Source: a virus (taxonomy: Duplodnaviria; Caudoviricetes). From it: 61,952 nt of DNA. The position numbers were made by a program, and so were the translations under genes. The notes below the pieces were generated by a model. It did no database searches. It was not told where the DNA came from and saw only the letters and a list, made by a program, of their open reading frames with translations. The DNA is taken from positions 1-61,952 of IMG/VR virus record IMGVR_UViG_3300021960_000001, one strand, 5' to 3'. The first letter of the stretch is position 1. Every line of letters begins with the position of its first letter. Positions 26,992-37,406 of the stretch are shown here, piece after piece.

Positions 26992-28507
26992 CGCAGATAA
27001 GCTAAAAGCTTTAAAAAACATAGACCTTGCATATTTGAATAAATCTGAAGCTAAAGAGTTTACAGTTTTATTAGAAGAATTAGAAAAACGTGAGTTCCAA
27101 GAAAAAGCTACAAGTACTTTTATGGATTTTGTAAAATCTATTTGGTCTGAATTTATTAACGGCGACCATCACGTAAAAATGGCGAAAGCTTTTGACGATA
27201 TTGCTAGTGGTAAATTAAAACGTTTAATTATCAATATGCCGCCTAGACATACTAAATCTGAGTTTGCATCACATTTGTTTCCTGCTTACTTATTAGGTAA
27301 AAACCCTAAGTTAAAAATTATAGAAGCAACCCACACCGCTGACCTTGCAGTTAACTTTGGTAGAAAAGTTAGGGATTTAATTGACGGTGAGGAATACAAA
27401 GAACTATTTCCAGATACAGAGCTAAAAGCAGATAGCCGTTCTGCGGGTAAATGGCTTACAAATAAAGGCGGCGAATATTACGCGGCAGGTATTGGTGGTG
27501 CATTAGCAGGTAGAGGAGCGGATTTGTTTATTATTGACGACCCTCATTCTGAACAAGACGCTATGTCTGATAAAGCATTAGAGGAAGCTTACGAATGGTT
27601 TATGGCAGGTCCTCGTCAAAGATTACAGCCTGGAGGTGCAATCGTTATAGTTATGACCCGTTGGAATAAAAAAGATTTAACAGGTAGATTAACTAGGAAA
27701 ATGGCACAAGATGAAGGTTCAGACCAATGGGAGATAATAGAGTTTCCTGCTATATTACCCAGTGGTAAACCTCTTTGGAAAGAATTTTGGGAACTAAAAG
27801 AACTTGAAAGTATAAAAGCTTCTGTTAGTCCGTCTAAGTGGGCGGCACAGTATATGCAAAGACCTACAGGTGAAGGTATTTCGATTATTCCTAAAGACTG
27901 GTTTAATGTTTGGGACGAAAATCAGCCGCCTAAATGCGATTATATTATACAAAGTTATGACACAGCTTTTTTAAAATCAGAAAGAGCCGACTTTACCGCT
28001 ATAACTACATGGGGAGTTTGGTACCCTGAAGGAAAAATAGGTGAAGAACATTATCCTGGAAACGAAGCACATTTAATTTTAATAGACTGTATTAAAGAAA
28101 GATTTGATTTTCCTGAATTAAAAGCAGAAGCGTTACGTTTGTATGATTATTGGGACCCCGACACAGTAATTATTGAAGCAAAAGCTAGTGGTATTCCATT
28201 AGTACAAGAACTGCGTAGGGTAGGTATTCCTGTAAACACTTTTAGTCCTGGAAAAGGACAAGATAAAATTGCAAGGTTAAATTCAGTGTCTCCTATTTTC
28301 CAAGACGGGCGTGTTTGGGTGCCTGATAATAGATTCGGCGAAGAACTTATGGAAGAAGTTTCTGACTTTCCTGGTGGAGAAAATGATGACCTTGTTGATG
28401 CTACAACATTAGCACTAGCAAGGTTTAGAGAAGGCGGATTTTTACAATTAAGTAGTGATTATTTTGAGGAAGAAAGTTATTATGAAGGCGAAAGGGTTTA
28501 TTATTAA
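26981..28507 (+). CDS. terL: Terminase large subunit
   Basis: NMPPRHTKS, IIDDPH, SYDTA, IEAKASG, DDLVDA. Confidence 0.95.
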   Translation: MTSNADKLKALKNIDLAYLNKSEAKEFTVLLEELEKREFQEKATSTFMDFVKSIWSEFINGDHHVKMAKAFDDIASGKLKRLIINMPPRHTKSEFASHLFPAYLLGKNPKLKIIEATHTADLAVNFGRKVRDLIDGEEYKELFPDTELKADSRSAGKWLTNKGGEYYAAGIGGALAGRGADLFIIDDPHSEQDAMSDKALEEAYEWFMAGPRQRLQPGGAIVIVMTRWNKKDLTGRLTRKMAQDEGSDQWEIIEFPAILPSGKPLWKEFWELKELESIKASVSPSKWAAQYMQRPTGEGISIIPKDWFNVWDENQPPKCDYIIQSYDTAFLKSERADFTAITTWGVWYPEGKIGEEHYPGNEAHLILIDCIKERFDFPELKAEALRLYDYWDPDTVIIEAKASGIPLVQELRRVGIPVNTFSPGKGQDKIARLNSVSPIFQDGRVWVPDNRFGEELMEEVSDFPGGENDDLVDATTLALARFREGGFLQLSSDYFEEESYYEGERVYY

Positions 28508-28533
28508 TCAAAATCATACTATGATTTATCAAC

Positions 28534-30951
28534 ATGGCTATTGAAAAACAAGCAATCTCCGCAGTACCTGATAATTCTGAAGCAATAGAGCTTGAGATTA
28601 TGGCACAGCCCGAAGAAGAAACTGAACTTTTTGTACAACCAGACGGTTCAATAATTCGAGGCAGCGACATGCCTGAAGAAACTGTTTCAAAGTTCGGAGA
28701 AAACTTAGCGGATAGCTTAGATGAACGAGAACTAAACACGATAGCAACTGAATTAGTTAGTTCTTACGAAGATGATTTAGATTCTAGAAATGATTGGTTT
28801 CAAACATACACAGAAGGACTAGATTTATTAGGAATAAATTCTACTTCCAGGTCACAACCTTTTGTCGGGGCTTCGGGAGTTCATCACCCAATACTTGCAG
28901 AAGCTGTAACTCAGTTTCAAGCACAAGCATATAAAGAAATGTTGCCTGCGGGCGGACCTGTTGATACAGAAATTTTAGGAATGACCGATAACGCTAAGAT
29001 GGAAAAAGCAAATCGTGTTAAAAATTTCATGAATTACCAAATAACCTACAAAATGGAAGAATACGACCCAGAAATGGACCAACTTTTATTTTATTTACCT
29101 TTATCTGGTTCAGCATTTAAAAAAGTTTACTATGACCCTGCTGTTGGACGGGCTGTCGCACGGTTTGTTAAGTCAGAAGATTTAGTTGTTCCGTATTATG
29201 CAGTGGATTTACTAACTTCTCCTAGAATTACACACGTAATTCATATGAATGAAAACGAATTACGTAAATTACAGCTATCTGGTTTCTACAAAGACATGGA
29301 TATGGCGTCTCCAGGAAGTTCAGCCGAAACAACAGAGGTTGATGACAAAATAGAGGAGCTTCAAGGACTAAGTAGAACAGTTAGTGACGAAGAATACACA
29401 CTTTTAGAGATGCATGTTGACTTAGATTTAGACGGATATCAGGATTTAGACGAAGATGGAGAAGAAACAGGCTTAGCACTGCCCTATATCGTTACTATTT
29501 GCAAAGATAACAACAAAATTCTTTCAATTAGACCAAATTACAACGAAAAAGACCCAATGCGTAAGAAAATTGAACATTTTACGCATTATAAGTTCCTTCC
29601 AGGACTAGGTTTTTACGGTTTTGGCTTAATTCACATGATGGGCGGTCTAACTAAGTCAGTTACAGCGATTTTACGACAATTAATAGACGCAGGTACGCTT
29701 TCTAACCTTCCAGCAGGATTTAAATCACGTGGATTAAATATTCAACGTCATGATGACCCATTACAACCAGGAGAATGGAGAGATGTCGATGCTCCAGGAG
29801 GAAGATTACAAGATGCCTTTCTTCCTTTACCCTATAAAGAGCCAAGCGGTACTTTAGCTACGTTATTGGGAGCATTAGTAGATTCTGGTAAAAGATTTGC
29901 CGCTACAGTAGAAAATCCAACAGGTGATGGTAACTCTGAAGCACCTGTAGGAACAACAGTAGCGTTAATGGAAAAAGGACAAAGAGTTATGTCTGCAATC
30001 CATAAAAGATTACATTATGCACAAAGATGTGAATTTAAAATTCTAAAAAGAGTATTTGGTGAGTTTTTACCCCCCGAATACCCGTATCAAGTACAAGGTG
30101 CGTCTGAAAACGTTTTCAAACAAGATTTCGACAGCTCAGTAGATGTTATACCTGTTAGCGACCCTAATATTTTTAGTATGACGCAAAGAATAACATTAGC
30201 CCAAGCACAACTTCAAATGGCACAAGCGGCACCTGAATTACACGATTTAAGAGAATCTTATAGAAAAATGTACATAGCGTTAAATATTAAAGATATTGAT
30301 GCGTTATTACCGCCAGAGGAAGAAGTACCGCCGAGAGACCCGATAAGCGACCAACAAGCAGCTATGACAGGGAATCCTATAAAAGCGTACCCTTTCCAAA
30401 ACCACGAGGCGTATATTGGAGCCCATAGTGCATTTATGCAAAATCCTATGGTTCAGCAAAACCCTATCGCTACGCAAGCAATAGGTGCAAATATACAAGA
30501 ACACCAGTCTATGTTATATAGACAACAAATAGAACAAGCAATGGGTCAACCACTACCTCCGTTAGACCAACCTATGCCGCCTGAAATGATGAACGAAATA
30601 GCTATGATGGCAGCACAAGCAACACAACAAGTTACAGGTCAAGCACAAGCGATGGCACAAGCACAAGCGGCAGCACAACAAAATCCTCAAATGGAAATGT
30701 TCCAGCAGCAGTTGCAATTAGAAAAAGAACAGTTAATGCAGAAATCAGAAGATGATGCAAGAGATGCACAACTTGCGGCTATGAAAGCAGAACTAGACGC
30801 ACAGATTAAACGTGAAAAAATAGAAGCTGATTTAAAAGTACAAGATACTAAATCTGCTATAGAATTGCAAGAATTAGAGCTAAAAGCAAAAGCTGATGCT
30901 GATAAGAACTATAACGAACTGGTAAAAACAGTTAGAGATAGTAGACAATAA
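28534..30951 (+). CDS. Portal protein
   Basis: Follows terL; HPILAEAVTQFQA, GSAFKKVY, GFYGFG; long Gln-rich C-terminal helix. Confidence 0.9.
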   Translation: MAIEKQAISAVPDNSEAIELEIMAQPEEETELFVQPDGSIIRGSDMPEETVSKFGENLADSLDERELNTIATELVSSYEDDLDSRNDWFQTYTEGLDLLGINSTSRSQPFVGASGVHHPILAEAVTQFQAQAYKEMLPAGGPVDTEILGMTDNAKMEKANRVKNFMNYQITYKMEEYDPEMDQLLFYLPLSGSAFKKVYYDPAVGRAVARFVKSEDLVVPYYAVDLLTSPRITHVIHMNENELRKLQLSGFYKDMDMASPGSSAETTEVDDKIEELQGLSRTVSDEEYTLLEMHVDLDLDGYQDLDEDGEETGLALPYIVTICKDNNKILSIRPNYNEKDPMRKKIEHFTHYKFLPGLGFYGFGLIHMMGGLTKSVTAILRQLIDAGTLSNLPAGFKSRGLNIQRHDDPLQPGEWRDVDAPGGRLQDAFLPLPYKEPSGTLATLLGALVDSGKRFAATVENPTGDGNSEAPVGTTVALMEKGQRVMSAIHKRLHYAQRCEFKILKRVFGEFLPPEYPYQVQGASENVFKQDFDSSVDVIPVSDPNIFSMTQRITLAQAQLQMAQAAPELHDLRESYRKMYIALNIKDIDALLPPEEEVPPRDPISDQQAAMTGNPIKAYPFQNHEAYIGAHSAFMQNPMVQQNPIATQAIGANIQEHQSMLYRQQIEQAMGQPLPPLDQPMPPEMMNEIAMMAAQATQQVTGQAQAMAQAQAAAQQNPQMEMFQQQLQLEKEQLMQKSEDDARDAQLAAMKAELDAQIKREKIEADLKVQDTKSAIELQELELKAKADADKNYNELVKTVRDSRQ

Positions 30952-30965
30952 AAACGGAGAATAAT

Positions 30966-31178
30966 ATGCATAAAAATAGAGATTACCCGTCGCCTTCTAA
31001 AAAGGTGAACAGGTCTGCTCCTAGTGAGCCTAAAATGGTAGACAACACTAAAACACAAACAGTTGCTGCTGGTGAAGTAAATACAGACGCAAAAGGCAAC
31101 GTTGTTGGTAAAGAGTCTAAAGTAAAGGCTGCTTACGGACAAACTAAAGGACTTCTTTGGTATAACTACATTAAATAA
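30966..31178 (+). CDS. Small hypothetical protein
   Basis: GGAG RBS. Confidence 0.6.
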   Translation: MHKNRDYPSPSKKVNRSAPSEPKMVDNTKTQTVAAGEVNTDAKGNVVGKESKVKAAYGQTKGLLWYNYIK

Positions 31179-31376
31179 ATGGATTATATCTTAGCTACGG
31201 AGCATTTGCTCCGTAAATATCGTGAGAGAAAAGAAGCTCTTACGCAGACATTAGCTTCTGGAAGTATTGAAGACTTTAATCAATACCAAAGGATAGTTGG
31301 TGAAATAGCAGGTTTGAATTTCGCCGAACAGGAGATTCAAACTTTACATTCTAATATGGAGGATGCAAATGACTAA
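31179..31376 (+). CDS. Small conserved head-module protein
   Basis: DFNQYQRIVGEIAGL; located between portal and GroES. Confidence 0.65.
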   Translation: MDYILATEHLLRKYRERKEALTQTLASGSIEDFNQYQRIVGEIAGLNFAEQEIQTLHSNMEDAND

Positions 31377-31821
31377 TAAAGTCGAAACAAAAACTGTTCC
31401 AAATAGAGTATTAAGAGAATTCGGAAGTGATAAGGCTCCTGTTGCAGAAGCACCAGATGAAGTTATTACTCCTGAAAACTTAGAAGCTCATGCGGAATCG
31501 CTACCACGTCCAACGGGGTATCGTATTTTAATATTACCTTTTACACAATCAACAGTGACTAAAGGCGGCATACATTTAGCTAAATCAACGGTAGACAAGG
31601 AAAGACTTGCGACTGTTGTAGGTTATGTTGTTGCCATGGGAGCTGATGCTTATAGTGACTTACATAAGTTTCCTGAAGGACCTTGGTGTAAAGAAGGTGA
31701 TTGGGTAATCTTCGGTAGATACGCAGGTGCTCGTTTTCAAATAGAAGGTGGCGACATGCGTCTTTTAAATGATGACGAAATCTTAGCTACTATAGATGAC
31801 CCAGAAGCAATTTTATCATAA
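31369..31821 (+). CDS. groES: Co-chaperonin GroES-like protein
   Basis: PTGYRILI...TKGGIHL...GYVVAMG...GDWVIFGRYAG...RLLNDDEILA. Confidence 0.88.
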   Translation: MTNKVETKTVPNRVLREFGSDKAPVAEAPDEVITPENLEAHAESLPRPTGYRILILPFTQSTVTKGGIHLAKSTVDKERLATVVGYVVAMGADAYSDLHKFPEGPWCKEGDWVIFGRYAGARFQIEGGDMRLLNDDEILATIDDPEAILS

Positions 31822-31839
31822 CAATCTTGAGGAGGACTC

Positions 31840-32727
31840 ATGCAAAACGAAGCAGAAAAAATAGAATTAGAACTTCCCGAAGGGGAAATTGACGTAAGAG
31901 CGGCAGATGTTGACGATTCGATTAAAGACGAAGTAGTCGAAGAAACCGCAGTAGAAGAAGCTCAACCAAAAGACGAGCTAGACCAAATTAGCGACTCAGT
32001 ACAAAAACGTATTGATAAGTTAACGTATAAAATGCGGGAAGCGGAAAGACAGCGAGATGAAGCTGTTAATTATGCTCAAAGCGTTAATCAAACAGCTACT
32101 ACCCTAAAAGAAAAGTTAAAGAACTCTGATTCTTCGCTTTTCAAAGAGTATGATAATAGGGTACAATCAGAAATTGAAAGAGCCAAAACCGCTTTAAGGG
32201 AGGCTCAGGATGCAGGAGATGGAGAAGCAGTTGCTAATGCAACTGAAAAACTTTCTAGAGTAAGTGCCGAAGCAGAAAATCTTAGAAGATTATCCGCACA
32301 GCAACAAATCAGAGAGAAAAACCAAGCTCAAGAAGTTCCTGTTGAAGAATATCAGCCTACACTACAACCTCAGGCTGCTGGACCAGACCCGAAAGCAGAG
32401 GAGTGGGCTAAACAGAACACATGGTTCGGAGATGACCAAGCAATGACGTTTGCAGCTTTTGGAATACATAAAGAATTAGTTGAGGGGGGAATAGACCCTA
32501 CTTCTGATACGTATTACAGCGAAGTAGACAAACGTATGGCTGAAACTTTTCCACACAAATTTTCTAACGAGCAATCTGCCCCCGTGCAACAGGTTGCTGC
32601 TTCTAGCAGAGGTGCTAGCGGTAAAAAATCATCACGCAAAATAAAGCTGACACCAAGTCAAGTAGCAATAGCTAAAAGACTAAACGTGCCACTAGAAGAA
32701 TATGCTAAGCATATCGAAGGAGTATAA
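31840..32727 (+). CDS. Putative capsid scaffolding protein
   Basis: Acidic coiled coil, VQKRIDKLT, C-terminal LTPSQVAIAKRL...EEYAK; upstream of the capsid gene. Confidence 0.7.
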   Translation: MQNEAEKIELELPEGEIDVRAADVDDSIKDEVVEETAVEEAQPKDELDQISDSVQKRIDKLTYKMREAERQRDEAVNYAQSVNQTATTLKEKLKNSDSSLFKEYDNRVQSEIERAKTALREAQDAGDGEAVANATEKLSRVSAEAENLRRLSAQQQIREKNQAQEVPVEEYQPTLQPQAAGPDPKAEEWAKQNTWFGDDQAMTFAAFGIHKELVEGGIDPTSDTYYSEVDKRMAETFPHKFSNEQSAPVQQVAASSRGASGKKSSRKIKLTPSQVAIAKRLNVPLEEYAKHIEGV

Positions 32728-32728
32728 A

Positions 32729-33229
32729 ATGACCGAAGATAATAAAACAACAGAAGTCAGAACTGACCGTAACTCACGGTCTGCAGAGACACGAGCCTCT
32801 CAAACTCGCAGAACGCCTTGGAAACCCCCGTCAATGTTAGACGCACCTGAAGCCCCTCCTGGATATCAATTCAGGTGGATTCGTGAAGCTACTAGAGGAC
32901 AAGATGATAAATCTAATATGTCTAAACGTATTAGAGAAGGATATGAACCTGTGAGAGCAGAAGATTATCCTGATTTCGAAGCCCCTACAATAGATAGCGG
33001 AAGCAATACAGGAGTAATTGGGGTCGGAGGTTTAATCCTCGCTAAAGTTCCAGTCGAAACCGCACATGAACGTACAGAGTATTTTCAAAACCAAGCAAAA
33101 TCTGCTATGGACGGTGTAGACCATTCCTTTATGCGAGAAAGTGACGCTAGAATGCCTATAAAAGATAGTGATATCCAAAGGTCTTCTAAAGTCGCGTTTG
33201 GTAGCAAACCTACCAACAAAGGAGATTAA
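32729..33229 (+). CDS. Conserved head-module protein
   Basis: WKPPSMLDAP, FRWIR, REGYEPV, VGGLILAK; AGGAG RBS before ATG 32729. Confidence 0.7.
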   Translation: MTEDNKTTEVRTDRNSRSAETRASQTRRTPWKPPSMLDAPEAPPGYQFRWIREATRGQDDKSNMSKRIREGYEPVRAEDYPDFEAPTIDSGSNTGVIGVGGLILAKVPVETAHERTEYFQNQAKSAMDGVDHSFMRESDARMPIKDSDIQRSSKVAFGSKPTNKGD

Positions 33230-33262
33230 TAATAACAATGTATATAAGCAAAGGAGATTATC

Positions 33263-33802
33263 ATGGCTAATACAAATAAACCAGATGGTTTTACTCCAGC
33301 ATATCATATGTACGGTGGTGTTATTCGTCCTGCTAAAATGAGAATCGCAAGTGCAACTAACGCATCAATCTTTTCAGGTGATGTTGTTAATTTATCTAGT
33401 GGTTATGTCATTCAAGGCACGGCGACAGGCACTCCTGTAGGCGTATTTTATGGAGTATTTTACACAGCTACTGACGGTACCCCAACTTTTTCAAAAGTTT
33501 GGACTGCCGACACGGCTACTCTAGGCGGAGACGATGCAGAAGCTCTCGTTTACAATGACCCAGGAATTGTTTACGAAGCTCAATTTACAGCAGGCACACC
33601 TGCAGTAAGTTTTATCGGCTCTAAATACACTCTTTCAACTACAGCTGGTTCAACAACCAACGGTAGGTCTAAAGAGGGTGTGACTGCAACAACATCAAGT
33701 GGTGTAGCGTTATGTGTTGGATTCGCTTCGCAACCAAGCAATGAAATAGGTGCTTATGCGAGAGGATTATTCACATTCCCTACTAACACATTTGCTGTAT
33801 AA
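33263..33802 (+). CDS. Putative capsid decoration/cement protein
   Basis: MAN...PDGFTP N-terminus; beta-rich; immediately before the major capsid gene. Confidence 0.6.
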   Translation: MANTNKPDGFTPAYHMYGGVIRPAKMRIASATNASIFSGDVVNLSSGYVIQGTATGTPVGVFYGVFYTATDGTPTFSKVWTADTATLGGDDAEALVYNDPGIVYEAQFTAGTPAVSFIGSKYTLSTTAGSTTNGRSKEGVTATTSSGVALCVGFASQPSNEIGAYARGLFTFPTNTFAV

Positions 33803-33819
33803 TCTAAGGAGAATAAATA

Positions 33820-34728
33820 ATGGCAATTAATAGAGCCCAACTAGTCAAAGAACTAGTACCAGGACTCCATGCTCTCTTTGGATTAGAGTATGAGAGATAT
33901 AATAACGAACACGAAGACATCTTCGACACCGAAAGTTCTGAAAGAGCGTTCGAGGAAGAAGTAATGTTAAGTGGGTTTGGTGAAGCACCGACTAAGGGAG
34001 AAGGAGCAGCAGTCGTTTACGATACAGCTCAAGAATCTTGGACATCACGTTTCACACACGAAACTGTAGCATTAGCATTTGCGTTGACAGAAGAAGCTAT
34101 CGAAGATAACCTCTACGATACTCTTTCTTCAAGATACACAAGAGCTTTAGCTAGGTCAATGCAAACAACTAAACAAGTGAAAGCAGCTAACGTATTAAAC
34201 AATGCGTTTAGTTCTTCATATGTTGGTGGAGACGGGAAAGAGCTTTGTGCTACAGACCATCCTACTGTTGCTAATGTTGACTTAAGAAACGAACTAGCTA
34301 CTGCGGCTGACTTAAATGAGACTTCTCTTGAACAAGCGTTGATTGACATCGCTGATTTCAAAGATGAAAGAAATCTTAAAGTTAATGCACAGGCGAAAAA
34401 ATTAATTATTCCGCCTGCTTTACAATTCGTAGCAGATAGACTGATGGAAACTCCTGGAAGAGTTGGTACTTCAGATAACGATATTAATGCAATTAGAAAT
34501 ATGGGAATGGTCTCAGAAGGCTATGTTGTAAATCATTATCTAACAGATACTGATGCTTTCTTTATCAAAACTGACGTACCTAACGGGTTAAAACACTTTG
34601 TTAGAACTCCTGTATCAACTAGTATGGAAGGCGACTTCGAAACTGGTAATGTAAGATACAAAGCTAGAGAACGTTACAGCTTTGGTTGGAGTGACTGGAG
34701 AGGTATCTTCGGTTCACCTGGAGCATAG
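33820..34728 (+). CDS. Major capsid protein (Mu gpT-like, HK97 fold)
   Basis: MAINRAQLVKEL.PGL, SERAFEEEV, KARERYSFGWSDWRG; followed by a terminator. Confidence 0.9.
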   Translation: MAINRAQLVKELVPGLHALFGLEYERYNNEHEDIFDTESSERAFEEEVMLSGFGEAPTKGEGAAVVYDTAQESWTSRFTHETVALAFALTEEAIEDNLYDTLSSRYTRALARSMQTTKQVKAANVLNNAFSSSYVGGDGKELCATDHPTVANVDLRNELATAADLNETSLEQALIDIADFKDERNLKVNAQAKKLIIPPALQFVADRLMETPGRVGTSDNDINAIRNMGMVSEGYVVNHYLTDTDAFFIKTDVPNGLKHFVRTPVSTSMEGDFETGNVRYKARERYSFGWSDWRGIFGSPGA

Positions 34729-34748
34729 TTCACTTTCGTGAAAAAATT

Positions 34749-34776
34749 AAGGGAGCTTCGGCTCCCTTTCTTTTTT
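34749..34776 (+). terminator. Rho-independent terminator
   Basis: AAGGGAGC-TTCG-GCTCCCTT followed by a T run. Confidence 0.9.
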
Positions 34777-34802
34777 GATTTTAATGATGTATCATGACAA
34801 GA

Positions 34803-34862
34803 GTTCTAGGATTAATATAATAATCTATCGACTGACCTAGCAGACAAGCCAAGACGATAGAG
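34803..34862 (+). ncRNA. Pseudoknotted RNA element downstream of the capsid gene (possibly Mu-gpT-DE-like)
   Basis: CTAGG/CCTAG and TCTATCG/CGATAGA pairings interleave; inner GATTA/TAATC hairpin. Confidence 0.55.
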
Positions 34863-34881
34863 TTTATTAAGGAGACTTAAT

Positions 34882-35388
34882 ATGGCAAAATCAACATTTT
34901 CAGGTCCTGTAAAATCATTAGCAGGATTCATCGCAGCAGGTAATGCTAACGTCGTTAGTTTAACTGCAGACACAAGTATCACAGTAGCAGACCATGCAGG
35001 TAAAGTTCTTGTATGTAATGACGCAGACGGTAAGTTTACTTTACCTTCAATCGTAGCAACTGCCCCAGGAAGTAACGACGACCCAAATCAAACAAATAAC
35101 TTAGGTGCTACATTTACTTTTATAGTAGTTACAGCAGCAACAGATATGGACATCTTAACTGATGGAACTGATAAATTTGTGGGTGGGTTATATACTGGTG
35201 TTACTGATGCAACAGGTAAAACATTTATTTCAGGTGCATCTAACGATGTTATCACAATGAACGGGTCAACTAAAGGTGGATTAGCAGGTAGTATTGTTAA
35301 ATGTACAGCAATGGCTACTGCTAAATATGCTGTAGAAGGTATTATTTTAGGTTCAGGAACTTTAGTTACTCCATTCGCTGACGCTTAA
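34882..35388 (+). CDS. Putative virion structural protein
   Basis: MAKSTFSGPV N-terminus; TAAGGAG RBS. Confidence 0.65.
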   Translation: MAKSTFSGPVKSLAGFIAAGNANVVSLTADTSITVADHAGKVLVCNDADGKFTLPSIVATAPGSNDDPNQTNNLGATFTFIVVTAATDMDILTDGTDKFVGGLYTGVTDATGKTFISGASNDVITMNGSTKGGLAGSIVKCTAMATAKYAVEGIILGSGTLVTPFADA

Positions 35389-35400
35389 TAGGAGCTTAAT

Positions 35401-35727
35401 ATGAGTTCATCCGATGTAAAAGCAACTAAGGCTTTAACAGCCACAGGGCAACTACAAGGGTTCATAGGCACTGGTGCAGGTACTGCAACCAACTTAGGTC
35501 CAATAAGAATTCAATCTGTACAGGCACAAGCAAGTGCAGCAGACGGTTCTATAAAAATCTACGATGGAACTAGTGCTAGCGGAACTAAGCTTTTAATAGA
35601 GTTTAAATTCGGTTCAGCGGCAAATGAATCTTTTGACCACTATCTACCTAATGATGGAGTTAAGTTCAATACAGGAGCCTATGTCGTATTAGCTAATTGC
35701 GACTTTTTTGTAGCATACTACAACTAA
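35401..35727 (+). CDS. Putative virion structural protein
   Basis: Beta-rich; structural operon. Confidence 0.6.
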   Translation: MSSSDVKATKALTATGQLQGFIGTGAGTATNLGPIRIQSVQAQASAADGSIKIYDGTSASGTKLLIEFKFGSAANESFDHYLPNDGVKFNTGAYVVLANCDFFVAYYN

Positions 35728-35728
35728 T

Positions 35729-36400
35729 ATGGCAACCTCAGGAACTCGTGCATTTAGTTTAGATGTAGCGACCGCAATCGAAGAAGCGTACGAACTTGCA
35801 GGATTAGAAGCTCGTACGTCCTATGACGCAGTAACTGCAAGACGTTCTTTAAACATTATGTTTGCGGATTGGTCAAACAGAGGTATTCAAATGTGGGAAG
35901 TTTCTAAAGCAGAACTTACCCTAACGCAAGGAACTAATGAGTACACCCTTAATAGCTTTGATATAGATATTTTAGACGCTTATATAGAAAGAACAGAAAA
36001 TAATACTGTTACTGATTACACCCTATCCAGGGTAGACAGGAATGAATATATAAGTGTTCCTAATAAATCGACACAAGCAAGAGCAACAGAATATTGGTTA
36101 GAAAGGTTAAAAACTCCAGTTATTCATTTATACCCAACGCCCGAGAATTCAACCGACAAACTCGTTTACTATGTTTGGCGTAGAATCGAAGATAATACGG
36201 CACAGGTTAACGATGTAGATATACCCAGTAGGTTTATGCCGTGTGTAGTTTCAGGCTTAGCTTATTATATTTGTTTAAAAAAGAATGTTCAAAAACTTGC
36301 TATAATGAAAGAACAATACGAACAGGACTTAGCAAACGCTTTAAGGTATGACGAAGACCGTTCACCTTTAAGACTTGTCCCTAAACATGAGTATATCTAA
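35729..36400 (+). CDS. Head-tail adaptor-like protein
   Basis: IEEAYE...ARRSLN..FADWSNRG...LYPTP. Confidence 0.65.
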   Translation: MATSGTRAFSLDVATAIEEAYELAGLEARTSYDAVTARRSLNIMFADWSNRGIQMWEVSKAELTLTQGTNEYTLNSFDIDILDAYIERTENNTVTDYTLSRVDRNEYISVPNKSTQARATEYWLERLKTPVIHLYPTPENSTDKLVYYVWRRIEDNTAQVNDVDIPSRFMPCVVSGLAYYICLKKNVQKLAIMKEQYEQDLANALRYDEDRSPLRLVPKHEYI

Positions 36401-36738
36401 TGTCATACGCCTCAGGTAAATACGCTTATTTTATATGTGATACTTGCGGCTTTAGATATCCTTACAAATCTGCAAAAGGTAATTGGGAGAATTTCAGAAC
36501 CTGTCATGAATGTTACGAGCCAAAACATCCTCAACTGGACCCGCCTAGTATTTCAGCAGACGCAGAAGTTCTTTGGAAACCTCGCCCTGACGTTTCTTTA
36601 CCTAAAAGTCAATTAGGGGTTATAATCACTACAAACGCAGGGAGCGGTATGACTTTTAAAGCTGACCCTGTAGGAACAGCTTTTGATGGACTAGGAGCAA
36701 CTAGTGGTTTAGGAAGCGTAACAGTGGGTATAGCATAA
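36400..36738 (+). CDS. Conserved CxxC/CxxC protein
   Basis: CDTCGFRY...CHECYEPKHPQL. Confidence 0.65.
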   Translation: MSYASGKYAYFICDTCGFRYPYKSAKGNWENFRTCHECYEPKHPQLDPPSISADAEVLWKPRPDVSLPKSQLGVIITTNAGSGMTFKADPVGTAFDGLGATSGLGSVTVGIA

Positions 36739-37406
36739 TGGCAGGATTTACATATAGTGGATTAAAAACAGCGGTCCAGAATTATTTAGATAATACTGAA
36801 ACTACCTTTGTAAACACCTTAGATACTTTTATACAGACAACAGAAGAACGTATTTTAAAATCTGTACAGCTTCCTGTTTTCCGTAAAAATGTCACAGGAA
36901 CATTGACTCAAGACAATACTTATTTATCTACGCCGACGGATTTTTTATCACCATTTAGTTTAGCTTTGATAGACGGAAGTAATAACTATAGTTATTTATT
37001 ATTAAAACACGTTTCTTTTATTAGAGATTACACACCGCAACAAGCCACAACTGGCGAACCTCTTTACTATGCTCAGTTTGATGAAGACACTTTTATAGTA
37101 GCCCCTACACCAAATACAAATTATTCTGTTGAACTTCACTATAACTACAGACCTAATTCATTAACTACTGTGGGAGACGACAATCAAACTTGGTTATCTG
37201 ATAATGCTCCTAATGCTATGTTATACGGTTCTTTAGTAGAAGGTGCTGTTTTTATGAAAGCTGACCCAAATACAATATCATTGTACGAACAAAAATATCA
37301 AGAAGCTTTAGCTATGTTAAAATTATTAGGTGAGTATAAAGATGTTAGAGACGAAGCAAGAAACGACCAAATTAAAATAATGCCGCAAGGAACAACGAAT
37401 GTTTAG
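36738..37406 (+). CDS. Head-tail connector / tail tubular protein A-like
   Basis: TYSGLKTAVQNY, GEPLYYA, VAPTP, LYGSLVE. Confidence 0.65.
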   Translation: MAGFTYSGLKTAVQNYLDNTETTFVNTLDTFIQTTEERILKSVQLPVFRKNVTGTLTQDNTYLSTPTDFLSPFSLALIDGSNNYSYLLLKHVSFIRDYTPQQATTGEPLYYAQFDEDTFIVAPTPNTNYSVELHYNYRPNSLTTVGDDNQTWLSDNAPNAMLYGSLVEGAVFMKADPNTISLYEQKYQEALAMLKLLGEYKDVRDEARNDQIKIMPQGTTNV

